Assembly: GCA_043228905.1 (NCBI GenBank)
Contig: JBHGNT010000009.1
Location: 15,872,001-15,936,000, forward strand
Length of the DNA: 64,000 nt
Direction: 5' to 3'
Origin: Azolla caroliniana
Lineage: Eukaryota; Plantae; Polypodiophyta
Position numbers and translations under genes: made by a program. The notes below the pieces were generated by a model, which saw only the letters and a program-made list of their open reading frames with translations, searched no databases and was not told the origin of the DNA. Positions 35,295 to 46,615 of this stretch are shown here, piece by piece. Position 1 is the first letter of the stretch; each line of letters opens with the position of its first letter.

Positions 35295-38204
35295 TCATGT
35301 GTTCATGTCACTATCCCTCCTTCGAGAACGCCGAGTGGAAGTCAGCGTTAACATTGTTGGGCCGGGCTTGTTTGGATAGTGACGATGGAAGTCATTGACC
35401 AGAGCTTCAGCATTACAAACGTTATCGATGGGTTCCCAAGTGCGATCACTCGGAGGATAGCCAAGCCAATCAACTAGATAATAAAGCTTATTGTGCACAA
35501 TCTTAGAATCGAGAATAGCAGCTACCTCGTATTCGGGGCCGTCCACAAGTTGTACAGAAGGCGGTGGTGGCACGACACGATTAGGAGTTAAAGAGGTGCG
35601 GCAAGGTTCCAAAAGAGAGCTATGAAAGACAGGGTGAAGCCGCATATGCGCAGGAAGGTTAAGACGAAATGTTGCATCATTAATCTGCGCCATGATGACA
35701 AAAAGACCTAAGCGTTGATAGTCAAGCTTAGCACATGATCGGGTAGTCTTGATGTGACGACGAAGCAACCATACACCGTCACCAACCTTAAACGGAGACT
35801 TAAGACGATGTCGATCGGCATTGGTCTTATGGTGTGCTTGCGCTTTCTGAAGATGTGACGATAACTCGAACTGGATTTGTTGTAGTCGGTGGAGGTGATG
35901 CGCCACACTAGGGTTTCGTGACACCTCGGGAAGATCCAGTATACACCATCGAGGGTGGTTGCCCGTATAGGCAAAGAAAGGTGTAACTTTGGTAGAAGAG
36001 TGGACCGTGTTGTTGTATGCAAACTCGGCAAGATGTAAAATATTACTCCAATCATCTTGTTGATAACTAATGAAACATCGAAGATATTGCTCGAGCGTTT
36101 GATTTGTGCGCTCTGTTTGTCCGTCAGTTTGTGGATGATAAGCCGAAGAGAGTTTGCAAGAGATTTTGAGGCCTGCCCATAGGTGCTTCCAAAAGTGTGA
36201 GATAAATTGAGGACCTTGATCGCTAATAATATCATTCGGGAGACCATGATGGCGAAACACTTCACGCATAATGAGATCTGCAGTTTCTTCATTATTGATG
36301 GTCTTTACACATGGTACAAAATGTGCCATCTTGGTGAACCGATCCACTACTCTTAAAATAGTATCAAAGCCTTTGGAAGGTGGAAAATCTGTAATGAAAT
36401 CCATAGAAATAGACTGCCATGGCTTGTTGGGAGGGGGTAATGGTTGTAGTAAGCCATAAGGGTGATGCCGAGGTATTTTGGCGCGACAGCAAGTGTCACA
36501 AGTGCGAACATAATCTTCGACAAATTTTTGCAAGTGAGGCCACAAAAACGAACGTTTCACTAGCTCAATGGTCTTGGAAATACCAAAATGTCCAGCCATG
36601 GGGGCATCATGACAATGTTCCAACACTTGAAGTCGGGGTGATCCGTTGGGGACGTAAAGGAGATTCTTGTAGAAGAGTAAGCCATCTTGCCACTTGAAGT
36701 CCTGATAATGTTGAGATGACCCTGGCAATGTGGAGCAAGATGGACGACTTGAACCACAGTGGGCTAAGACATCCTTAGCGAAATCATCCGAATGAAGTTG
36801 TTGCCGAATAGTGTCAAGAAGGGTAGAATCAAGTGGCGTGGCATAAATTGTTGTTACCTGTAGCTTTGATGGCCCGAGGAGAATTTGCTTTTGATTGTCA
36901 AAGGCCGGATCTCCAGGTCGAAGTGCTAGATACGAATGCCGAGACAAAACATCTCCTTTCCCTTGTTGTTTTCCGGGGCGAAAAATGATCTTGAAATCGA
37001 AACGCGTTAGAAATTGGGCCCACCGAGCTTGTCGTCTATTTAATACTCGAGTTGTTTGAAAATATGTGAAATTTTTGTGATCACTATAAATGATAATCTG
37101 ATGAGGTGATCCTTCTAGAAAATGACGCCATTGCTCGAATGAGTCGACCACAGTTAGTAACTCCTTGTCATGCACCTCATAGTTTATCTCCGAAACAATA
37201 AATTTTCTCAAGTGAAACGCGACTGGATGTGTCTTCCCGTCCTCGCTTGGTTGCAATAGGATACTCCCCAATGCAAAGTCTGATGCATCCACCTCAATAG
37301 TAAATGGCTTTTCAGGATCAATATGTGCTAGGATGGGTGCTGATGTGAATGCCTCTTTCAGCTGCGTAAAAGCCTTGTCCGCTTCGATGCTCGAAAAAAA
37401 TGCTTGATTTTTCTTGGTGAGTTGAGTAAGGGGCAACACAATGCTTGAAAAATTATGTATGAATTTGCGATAGAAGTTCGCAAATCCGAGGAAACATTGG
37501 ACATCTCGAACTGAGCATGGGGGTTTCCATTCCAATTTTGTTTGGACTTTTGCCGGGTCCATGAAAACACCCTGGGATGAAATAGTGTATCCCAAAAATT
37601 CGAATTGTTTGCAATCAAAACTACATTTCTCAAGTTTGGCATAAAGACCATACTTCCTTAGGTGTTCAAGTACTTGCCGCACATGTATATCATGCTCCCC
37701 CTGTGTTTTAGAGTAAATCAATAGATCATCTAGGTAGATGATTAGAAAAATATCCAAGAAATCCCGGAAGATGTCATTTGCCATATGTTGGAATACTGCA
37801 AGTGTATTTGTGAACCCGAAAGGCATGACTGTATACTCGAAATGACCATACCGAGTACGAAATGATGTTTTCCACTCATCTCGCGGCCCAATTTGAACAA
37901 GATTATATGCACCCCTTAGATCAATTTTGGTAAAATGCTTTGCCCCACCAATGCGTTCTAAGAGATTGGAGATTAAAGGTAAACCATACATATTCCTTAT
38001 GGTGACTTTATTTAAGCCTTGATAGTCCACGACCAAACGAAGGGAGCCGTCCTTTTTCTTCACAAAAAAGATAGGAGCACCAGTTGGAGACTTTGAATGT
38101 CGAATAAACCCATGTGCAAGATTTTCCTCGATGTATTCTCGAAGAACCTCAAGCTCAATGGGTGATAAATTGTAAATCGGACCCCACGGTGGCTCTTTTC
38201 CTGG
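35295..38204 (-). CDS. pol: Pol region of gypsy B: RT-RNase H-integrase-chromodomain, uninterrupted frame
   Basis: 922-aa ORF with KIDLRGAY, YLDD, EVDASD, the D-D-E integrase core, GPY/F-like QRLGLF and a canonical chromodomain. Ends inside the 3' LTR. The upstream protease part carries stops and a deletion. Confidence 0.92.
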   Translation of the reverse strand, partial: PGKEPPWGPIYNLSPIELEVLREYIEENLAHGFIRHSKSPTGAPIFFVKKKDGSLRLVVDYQGLNKVTIRNMYGLPLISNLLERIGGAKHFTKIDLRGAYNLVQIGPRDEWKTSFRTRYGHFEYTVMPFGFTNTLAVFQHMANDIFRDFLDIFLIIYLDDLLIYSKTQGEHDIHVRQVLEHLRKYGLYAKLEKCSFDCKQFEFLGYTISSQGVFMDPAKVQTKLEWKPPCSVRDVQCFLGFANFYRKFIHNFSSIVLPLTQLTKKNQAFFSSIEADKAFTQLKEAFTSAPILAHIDPEKPFTIEVDASDFALGSILLQPSEDGKTHPVAFHLRKFIVSEINYEVHDKELLTVVDSFEQWRHFLEGSPHQIIIYSDHKNFTYFQTTRVLNRRQARWAQFLTRFDFKIIFRPGKQQGKGDVLSRHSYLALRPGDPAFDNQKQILLGPSKLQVTTIYATPLDSTLLDTIRQQLHSDDFAKDVLAHCGSSRPSCSTLPGSSQHYQDFKWQDGLLFYKNLLYVPNGSPRLQVLEHCHDAPMAGHFGISKTIELVKRSFLWPHLQKFVEDYVRTCDTCCRAKIPRHHPYGLLQPLPPPNKPWQSISMDFITDFPPSKGFDTILRVVDRFTKMAHFVPCVKTINNEETADLIMREVFRHHGLPNDIISDQGPQFISHFWKHLWAGLKISCKLSSAYHPQTDGQTERTNQTLEQYLRCFISYQQDDWSNILHLAEFAYNNTVHSSTKVTPFFAYTGNHPRWCILDLPEVSRNPSVAHHLHRLQQIQFELSSHLQKAQAHHKTNADRHRLKSPFKVGDGVWLLRRHIKTTRSCAKLDYQRLGLFVIMAQINDATFRLNLPAHMRLHPVFHSSLLEPCRTSLTPNRVVPPPPSVQLVDGPEYEVAAILDSKIVHNKLYYLVDWLGYPPSDRTWEPIDNVCNAEALVNDFHRHYPNKPGPTMLTLTSTRRSRRRDSDMNT

Positions 38205-38932
38205 TTAGAGATCAATAGGACAGTCGTACGGCCGATGCTTTGGAAGAACAGTAGCTTTGACTTTGTCGAAAACATCAGCATAGTCTTGATATTTTTTGGG
38301 AATTTGGATGTCGGAATTCCCTTGAGTGACACTAGAAGGTGTCACTGATACTGCAAATAAGAAAAGGTCCTCCTTGCCTCCCACTTGGCGCAATTGTTGC
38401 AATGTGATGGCTGAAATTTGATGAGAAAGATATGGTGCATCGGTAGAACTATACACTTTAGGAGGATAATCCCGAGTTCGATCCTTGAAAATGATATTTT
38501 CTACTAAAGGGCACCTAATTTCTCGCTTCCTCCAATCGATTCTAGGGTTATGTAGCTCGAACCATGGCAAACCAAGGACAATTGGATGCTCAGGACTACG
38601 GATTATGTTAAAGGAAACTACACATCCTAAATCACCCAAGAGTATGTGTATTGGCTCAGACTCTTCAAATATCTTCCCGGAAGCTATGGGGCGTCCATCA
38701 ATCACTACTACGGAAACTGGACAAGGAAGTGTATGCAAGGATATTTGATGTTTTTGGGCAAAATCTCTATCCATGAAACAAGAATTGGCTTGGACTTGAA
38801 GTTGACAACTGGGTGTCCTAACTTGTACTAGGGCTGAGAAGACTCTACTAACATGCTTGGAATAAATGGAACCCACACTAGGTTGTACTTATCTAGGGTT
38901 ATCCAACCAAATGGCTCCTATTTTGTACGGAC

Positions 38933-40096
38933 TTATTCGTTTGACTCCTCTAATAATTGACTTAGGACTTCAAATTTATTGGACAAGGGTGGATTATTCA
39001 TAATATTAGATTCACTAACTGTCTCTAAAATGTTGGACTCATTTTTATTGTCATAGTGAATTTGATTTACCTGACGTCTCGGCCTACAGGAGCAATGAAT
39101 GGCTATATGTCCTGGACCTCCGCAATATAAGCACAGATGGTTTGCTCGACGACGTTGCTTCTCTTCGTCTGACAACGGTCCTCGTCGTTGAGTCATATCG
39201 ATCTCCATGGGTGCATGACTATCCATTGGGACTGGACTACGTGTTTGCCTTGGAGTTGGAGCAGGGCTATACATTTGCCTTGGGGATGATTGCGTCGTTG
39301 CTGATGCATAAGTTGGTGTGAATCTTGATCTTATTATTTTTTGTTGTCGCTCACATCGACACTCAAAAAGGCGATTATCACACCGTATTGCTTGACTAAT
39401 AGCTTATGTAAGTGACCTTGGATCCTCGGGGAAGGTAAGAAGTAAGTCTTTGACATCATTACGAAGGCCTGAACGGAATTGCTCCATTAGGGCTTGTTCA
39501 TCCCAACGAATATCGCTTGCAATGAGACGGAAATTGGCAGCATATGTCGAAGCTGGTTGATCACCTTGACGAAGTGTATGAATCTTGTTGATAGTTGTTC
39601 TTGCCCCATTAGTATCTCCGAAACAAGCCTTAAATTCCTTGATAAATTCCTCGAAATTATTCAATAGAGGAGAATTGGTCTCTAGCAATGGAGCAAACCA
39701 CGACAACACTACGCCAGTCAATAAGGTGCCCACTAGCCCGACTCGTGATGCATCTGTTGGATAACGCGCGGGATGCATTTGAATCACCAACCGTACTTGA
39801 TTCAAGAAACCTCGGAAATGCGCCCTCGACCCATCAAATTTAGCTGGGAGGCTAATTTTGGGCTCCTTGATAAGTCCATGACCTTCAACCTTTTGTTGTT
39901 GTAACACTACGATTGTCGACGCTAACTGTTGCACTTGTCGTGTGAACTCCTCTTGTTGTTGTTGCTTCTCTATAGTAACCTTTTGTTGATCCCCAAGTAG
40001 ACGTTGATTCTCTACTTCAAGAGATGCGAACTTGGATTTAAGGTTCTCCATTTCGGCAACAAGGGTGAGATATTCTTCTGAGTTAATGGCAACCAT
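38933..40096 (-). pseudogene. gag: Gag of gypsy B (one premature stop at 39404)
   Basis: Coiled coil, PAKFDG, LRQG...YAANF, FRSGL, APMEID and CLYCGGPGHIAIHC motifs. Confidence 0.92.
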
Positions 40097-40121
40097 GGTT
40101 TCAGGATGGTTGCAAAGGAGG

Positions 40122-40152
<31 letters not shown>

Positions 40153-40157
<5 letters not shown>

Positions 40158-40164
40158 GAATCAA
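40153..40164 (-). promoter_or_regulatory. Self-priming primer-binding site of gypsy B
   Basis: TTGATTCGAATT lies 2 nt inside the 5' LTR edge. It is the exact complement of AATTCGAATCAA (40331-40320), which starts 32 nt downstream of TATAAATA (40363-40356). No TGG tRNA-type PBS is present. Confidence 0.8.
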
Positions 40165-40388
40165 ACTGTCAGAACCAAGGATAAAAGATAGAGTGATGGA
40201 AGAAGGATATTAGAGAACACGAGAAGAAAGGAACGAAATACTAAGAGAAGAATGGATGTATAAGATAGAGAAAGAAAGAGAATGGATACAACATATGTAA
40301 TGAGAGCTAAATACTAGTGTTGATTCGAATTGATTTGAGAATACATGTATGCCCTTATTTATAGGTTCCTATAGAATAACTTAGAGAT

Positions 40389-40460
40389 TTCTAGAATGTT
40401 CTAGAATGTTCTAGACCTAGAATGCTCTAGGACATTCTAAAACATTCTAGAATAATCTAG
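40389..40460. promoter_or_regulatory. Heat-shock-element array upstream of the LTR TATA box
   Basis: TTCtaGAAtgTTCtaGAAtgTTCtaGA matches alternating nGAAn/nTTCn. Also present at ~6384-6455, 11789-11860, 35089-35160, 26780-26880 and 29133-29253. Confidence 0.7.
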
Positions 40461-40522
40461 AGGTTTTACAATAATCAATGTAATACAAGAAGTAGCTTTT
40501 ATTATTTCATATAACAATAAGC

Positions 40523-40577
40523 TATCTTAATGGCTAAGGTTTTCAAGTATGGATTACAAGGTTCGAGGTTCAAGTCC
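40523..40577 (+). promoter_or_regulatory. tRNA-like Pol III A-box/B-box cassette in LTR U3, antisense to the element
   Basis: A box TATCTTAATGG (40523-40533) and B box GGTTCAAGTCC (40567-40577), 33 nt apart as in tRNA genes. Present in every chromovirus LTR in the window. Confidence 0.65.
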
Positions 40578-43500
40578 GGGTCACACCATAATGGTCATGT
40601 GTTCATGACAACGGTTGTGCCAATGTATTTGGCCTCCATACTCGAAAATGCGACGGTAGGTTGCTTTTTACTACTCAAGATATTGATCCGCTGTCAAGCG
40701 AGAAGACAAATCTGGATGTTGATCGTCGATCAGCTCTGTAGCCGGCCCATTCGGCATCTGTGTACCCTTCGAGTCGAATTGGTATGGCCGACACGTAAAG
40801 GATGTCATAATCCATTGTGTTGCTCACATATCATAATACTCGCTTAGTGCAATCGAAATGGATATCTCGCGGAGTTTGCACGAATTGGCTAAGGATGCCG
40901 ACCAGATAGTTGAGGTCGGAACACGTGATCGTGAGATAGATGAGGCTCCCAATCAGTTGTTGATATTGAGTCAGCTCGCACTCATCTATGCCGGAGTCGG
41001 CATCTAGTTTGAGGTTTCGATCAAGAGAGGTTGACACAGATTTGCACTCTGTCATCCCGAACTTGTATAATAAGTTGAGAATATAGTGTCGTTGAGAGAT
41101 CATAATGTCGGTCGGAATCCGAATTACTTCGATGCCTAGGAAGTAATGAAGTTCCTTCATGTCCGTCATCTTCAATTTGTTGGAGAGGAGGGATTTCACC
41201 TTGTTGATGTCGACCAAACTTTCTCCTCCAATGACCAGATCATCCACGTATAGGACGATGACAATCGAGCTTCTAGAGTCGTTTTGTACATAGAGGGAGT
41301 TGTCGGATTTCAACATTCGAAAGCCGATTTGATGAACATATTGCGTAATCTTCGAATGTCAGGCACGCGGTGCTTGCTTGAGGCCGTAGAGAGGTTTCTT
41401 GAGTTAGCATACAGCATTCGGATGAATGTTGGATTCAAAGCCGGGTGGTTGTACCATGTACACCTCTTCTAATTCACCTTGAAGAAAGGTGTTCTTGACG
41501 TCCATTTGGTGGAGGTGCCACCCTTTCGCCGTTGCGAGTGCGATCACGGTCCGCACAGTCGTCTTCTTTGCCACCGGGGAAAATGTCTCTTCGTAGTCAA
41601 CTCCATGCGTATGTGTGTATCCTTTTGCTACGATCGAGCTTTGTCACGGTTTACGAAGCCGTCGGCGTTATACTTCACCTTGTAGATCCATCTGCAACCG
41701 ATCACCTTCTTGTGCGGCAAGTGGGGGAGAAGATCCCATGTCTTGTTTTTGGAGAGTGCTTGCATCTCCTCATTCATCGCTTCAACCCATTTGGGGTCCT
41801 TCCCGGCTTCGGAAAACATTTCCAGCTCCCGTACTGTCGCTACATTCATCATAAAGGTGTAATGGTACGCCATATAATCGTTGTAGCCGAATCGGCTTAT
41901 GGGGTTCTTTTCACGAGTGGATCGGCGGAGCTTCTTGTTTGCGGATACTAAGGCTTTCTTCGCTCCATTTTTCTGGATGTCAAGGCCTTCGAACTCACTA
42001 TCAAGGGAGTGAGTCGATTTGTTGTCGTCGAAGTGATCGTCTTCATACTCAGGCATTTTCGCCTTCCGTTTGTCCAGCTTCAGACTTGGCCGAGATGTGC
42101 TTTCATCGCTCGGAGGCTCTTGTGGACCACTAAGCCTTGTCCTAATCGGGATTTCTTCGAACATGCACGTGAACCGATCTTCGGTTTCTATCTCTATTTC
42201 GGCGGATTCCAGACCGAGCAAAATCGGTCCAGTCGAAGTTGTCTCTGGTGCATACCAAGATGTGGACTCGTCGAAAACGACGTCTCGACTTACTCGCGAT
42301 TTCTGAGTGGAGGGGTTATAGCACTTGTACCCCTTTTGCTCCAGTGAGTATCCTACGAGGATACATTTCTCCGACTTCAAGTCGAGCTTCTGTCGCTTCT
42401 CGTCAGGGATGTGCACGTATGCAATTGAGCCGAATATCCGAACATGTGATAGGTCCCCAGCTTCTTTCCAAAAATCGTCTCGTGCGGAGTAAGTTCGTGC
42501 ACACCTCATGTCGTACACCGATTCATGAGGTATACAGCCGTGTTAGCCGCTTCTGCCCAGTACTACTTCGGTATGTGCTTTTCGTTCATCATGGTTTGTG
42601 CTACTTCGAGGATGTGCCGATTCTTTCGTTCGGCGACTCCGTTTTGTTGTGGCGTATGTCAACACAAAAACTCTCACTGAATTCCTTCTTTCTGTATAAA
42701 AGCCAAAAATTCGTCGGAGAAGTACTCCTTGCCTCCATCCGACCGAAGACATCATACATATCGGCCCGTTGTTTTCTCGACTTCATTCTTAAATTTTTGG
42801 AAGTGTTCGAACACTTCGCTCTTTTGTTGCATGGGGTACATCCAGGTGTGGCTGGAGAAGTCATCGATGAAGGCCACGTAGTATCTGCATCCGCCGAATG
42901 TAGCCGTCTGAGCCGAACCCCATACATTAGAATGAATTATGTCGAGTACTCCTTTGCTCACGCTCCACTCCTTTGGAAATGGGTGCCGATGTTGCTTGCC
43001 GAATTGGCAAGCAGCACACACGCCTTCAATCTCATTCTCCTTTAATGTAAGGAGCCCGATGACTACTCCTTTCTATTGCATTGCCTTGAGCTTTTGGAGG
43101 TTGATATGGTCATTGCCTTGAGATTTTGGAGGTTGATATAGTCAATCCGCTTGTGCCATAACTCTATGTCAGAATCGGCTTTCATGCCCTTTGCGAACAT
43201 GGCCAATTTGATCTCGTGCTAGTCGAGAATAAACATTCGGCCCTCTCTTCGTCCGCGAGCGATGAGTCGGCCCTCTTCTTTGATGAAGCAACCGCCTTGA
43301 TTAAATCGTACTTGCATCCCTTGCTCAACAATTTGGCTGACGGAGACCAAATTCTTCGTAATGGTTTGTACATGCAAGACATTCTTAATAAAAGTTTGGT
43401 TACCTTCTTTGTCGAATGGGACATTGCTGATGTGTTCAATCGGATGTGTAGTGTCGTCTCCGGTTTCGACATAGTCGGGTCGTTCTAGCTCTCGAAGTTC

Positions 43501-43651
43501 TCGAAATCATTCTTGATGAGACGTCATATGGTTCGAGGCACCGGAGTCGACGAACCATACGTCTTCCGGACTAGATGCATTATTCCAAGTAGAAGCTGAC
43601 ATAGAATTTGCTCTATGTCTCATCACGAACATTCCGCCACGATTGTTATAG

Positions 43652-46615
43652 AACACGTTCACGTTCACAAGTGGAAGGATAAGGAATATTCCGTTTAATT
43701 TTGGGGTTTTTTTTGCCATTTCACAAAACATCTTGATACTAGTATCACATGTTCTCCAAAACTTGATGAAAAAGTTAAAAATTTCACCATTTGGTAAAAT
43801 TGAAAATTGCAAAATTTGGGTCAAATACGAAAAGTAACTTTGTGGATTTTTAAAGAAAAATGACAACTAATAAGTTTTTAGATCTTAAAGAAATCGAAAG
43901 TAGAAGATTTCAAAACAATGAATGTTTTTTTCCATTCGATAAAATGTTGTCTAAATTTGTTACATATAGTTGCACAACAAATACATTTGGGAGTTATTTG
44001 CATGACTATCATCATTCTTTTCCTGAGAATCACTACTATAGATAATTTACAATTGTGACTCTTTCTCCTCATCTTCCAATGTACCAATCAAATCATTGTC
44101 TTCACCAAATGGTATCTCCAAATTGTGTGCAATAAATCTTCTTCGCCTTCAATCTGAGATATCTTCTCGACTTGCTAATATCTCTTTTATTATGTATATC
44201 ATTGTTTTCCTTAAACATCTAACTTTTGTCTGTGTAAAGTCATACATAATGATATCCACCTCATTAATGTCAATGATAGATGTATTACAAAGGTTTAATG
44301 CATCATCACATCCAAAACTTTACCAATGTAGAATTGGTACCCTAGGTCATGGCCATCTACATGTGTAACTATTAATATCCCCACCTTGACTTTTGGCAAG
44401 TTTCCTTGTCACCTGAGTTATGCTTGTGTTATCATCCTTCATTCCAACTATAAAGATCAACATTAAGTAGTGATTGAGAACCACGCTAACACTTTACAGA
44501 CAGTGTAAATGGCATTTGCAAGGTTCAATTACCATCAACACAATTATTAATAGTTTTTTGTTAATCAATGATGCACATGTTCACCATAAAGTATCTTATT
44601 GTACAACATACTTGTTTGCACTATCGATATGCATCTTTTTCTCTTGTAAAAACAAAGATTTTAGTACGATTCAAGTTCACGTTTAAAAAACCTCTTTTAT
44701 TTGAAAAACAACAAGATTTTAAACATTAACTCGATATGTTGTATCGAGCTGATGTAAAAAATAGAGTTTTCATCATAATTCCATACAATGTATTGAATTC
44801 TTGCTCAAAGTTTTTCTTACCTAATTTAAATAATAATAATAATAATAAATTAAGCTTGAGATGATAGAAAAACAAGATTTCTCATCACAATTCAATACAA
44901 TGTATCAAGTTCATGTTTAAAGTAATTTTTTCTAATTTTTTTCAATTTTTCTTCAATTTTTTTCAGTTTTTTATTGTTATTTTTCAAAAAAAAAAAATTA
45001 TTTTTTATGGAAAAAATAATAATTTTAAACATGAATTCGATACATTGTATCAACTTGTGATAAAAACTCTGGTTTTTTCATCACTTATTAAAGCGCAATT
45101 TTTTAAAAAAATACCAAAATAAAATAGAAAAAAATGTTTTTTTTTTTTTTAATCCAAAATAAAACTTTAAACATGAACTCGATATGCCGTATCCTTTTTG
45201 ACATGAACTTGATACGGCATATCGAGTTCATGTTTAAAACTCCGTTTTTTCATTCGTGTCGAAAAGCTGACTTTTCGACACGAACTCGATACAATTTATC
45301 GAGTTCATGTTGAAAATGTTTCGACATGAACTCGATACATTGTATCGAGTTGTTCGTGTTGAAAACTCAAATTTTCAACATGAACTCGATATAATGTATC
45401 GAGTTCATGTTTAAACTTTTTTATCGGGTTTTTGAAAAAATTAATTGCATTTTTTATTTTTATTTTTGGTTTTTTGTGTTTTGTTTTGGAATTTTTTTTT
45501 GTGCTTCAATAAGTGATGAAAAAACCAGACTTTTTACCACAAGTCGATACAATGTATCGAATTCATGTTTAAAATTATTATTTTTTCCATAAAAAATCAA
45601 AAAAAATCAAAAAAATTGAAAAAAAATTGAAAAAAATTAGAAAAAATTACTTTAAACATGAACTCAATACATTGTATCGAATTGTGATGAAAAATCTGGT
45701 TTTTATATCATCTCAAGCTTCTTTTTTTTTTTCTTTTTTTTTAAATCCAGTAAAAAAAACTTTGAAAATGAATTCAATATATTGTATGGAATTATGATGA
45801 AACTCTATTTTTTACATCAACTCAATACAATATATCGTGTTCATGTTTAAACCTCTTGTTGTTTTTCAAATAAAAGAGGTTTTTTAAAGATGTATGTTGC
45901 ACAACAAGATACCTTATGGTAAACATGTGCTTCATTTATTAGAAAAAAACCATTAATAATTATATTGATGGTAATTGAACTTCTCAAATGCCGTTTACTT
46001 CACAAATTTTGTAGGGGAATTCTTTTAAGGAAGAAGAGGATAACATTGTAGATACCCTGATAACTATGTGTTATGTTCAAATTGATATATTAATGTTCAC
46101 ATCTAAAGTTTGACAGTTTATGAATATCGTCTACATTTTAGGAGTTGTGGATTTATCAAAATTGTTTATGAATATTGTCTACATTTCTTGACTTGTGAAT
46201 TTATGGATGTTAATGAGCACTAATTTATAGATGATGACATTAAGGATTGCAATGTTACCTTTTATACTTAAAACATTTTCAAGTCTAACAATATATGTAA
46301 TCTTAATCTCCTCAAGATGGTGAAACCATTAATCTTAACTTGTGCCTTGAGTTGACCATTGTGATTTTCTTTAAGTTAACTACATTTCATATCTACAAAC
46401 CATCAACATTTAAACATTTATTGAAAAACTATTCAATTTTAGAAATTATCATTTTGAAACTTGTTAAATCTCAAAAATTTAGCAAATTTTACATACTATT
46501 TCAAACATGTGATACTGGTGTATCAAGTTTTTGGAAATTGTCTAAAATCGCAATATTATAAAAGGAATCTATAAGTGGAATGCGCAATCCTTCCACTTGT
46601 GAACGCAAAGGTGTT
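43652..46615. mobile_element. Non-autonomous foldback-type TIR DNA element
   Basis: 29-bp TIRs (26/29) AACACGTTCACGTTCACAAGTGGAAGGAT. ATAG flanks both ends, and removing the element restores the copia reading SDYNNRGGMF. Large internal inverted repeat at ~44505-45998. Confidence 0.88.

Larger units (their letters stand above)
34867..40610 (-). mobile_element. Full-length Ty3/gypsy chromovirus copy B (Tf1/Tcn1-like)
   Basis: 444-bp LTRs 34867-35310 and 40167-40610 (about 18 differences by eye). TSD ACGGT on both sides. PPT GAAGGAGGGATAG. Order gag, PR, RT, RH, INT, chromodomain. Confidence 0.97.

Noticed and set aside
43084-43145. ~32-bp tandem duplication in the copia integrase
   Set aside because: Ordinary post-insertion slippage that causes a frameshift.
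44720-45850. Palindromic ~31-bp repeats with spacers, superficially CRISPR-like
   Set aside because: Eukaryotic TE context, no cas genes, and irregular A/T-tract spacers that mirror each other. It is part of a foldback element.
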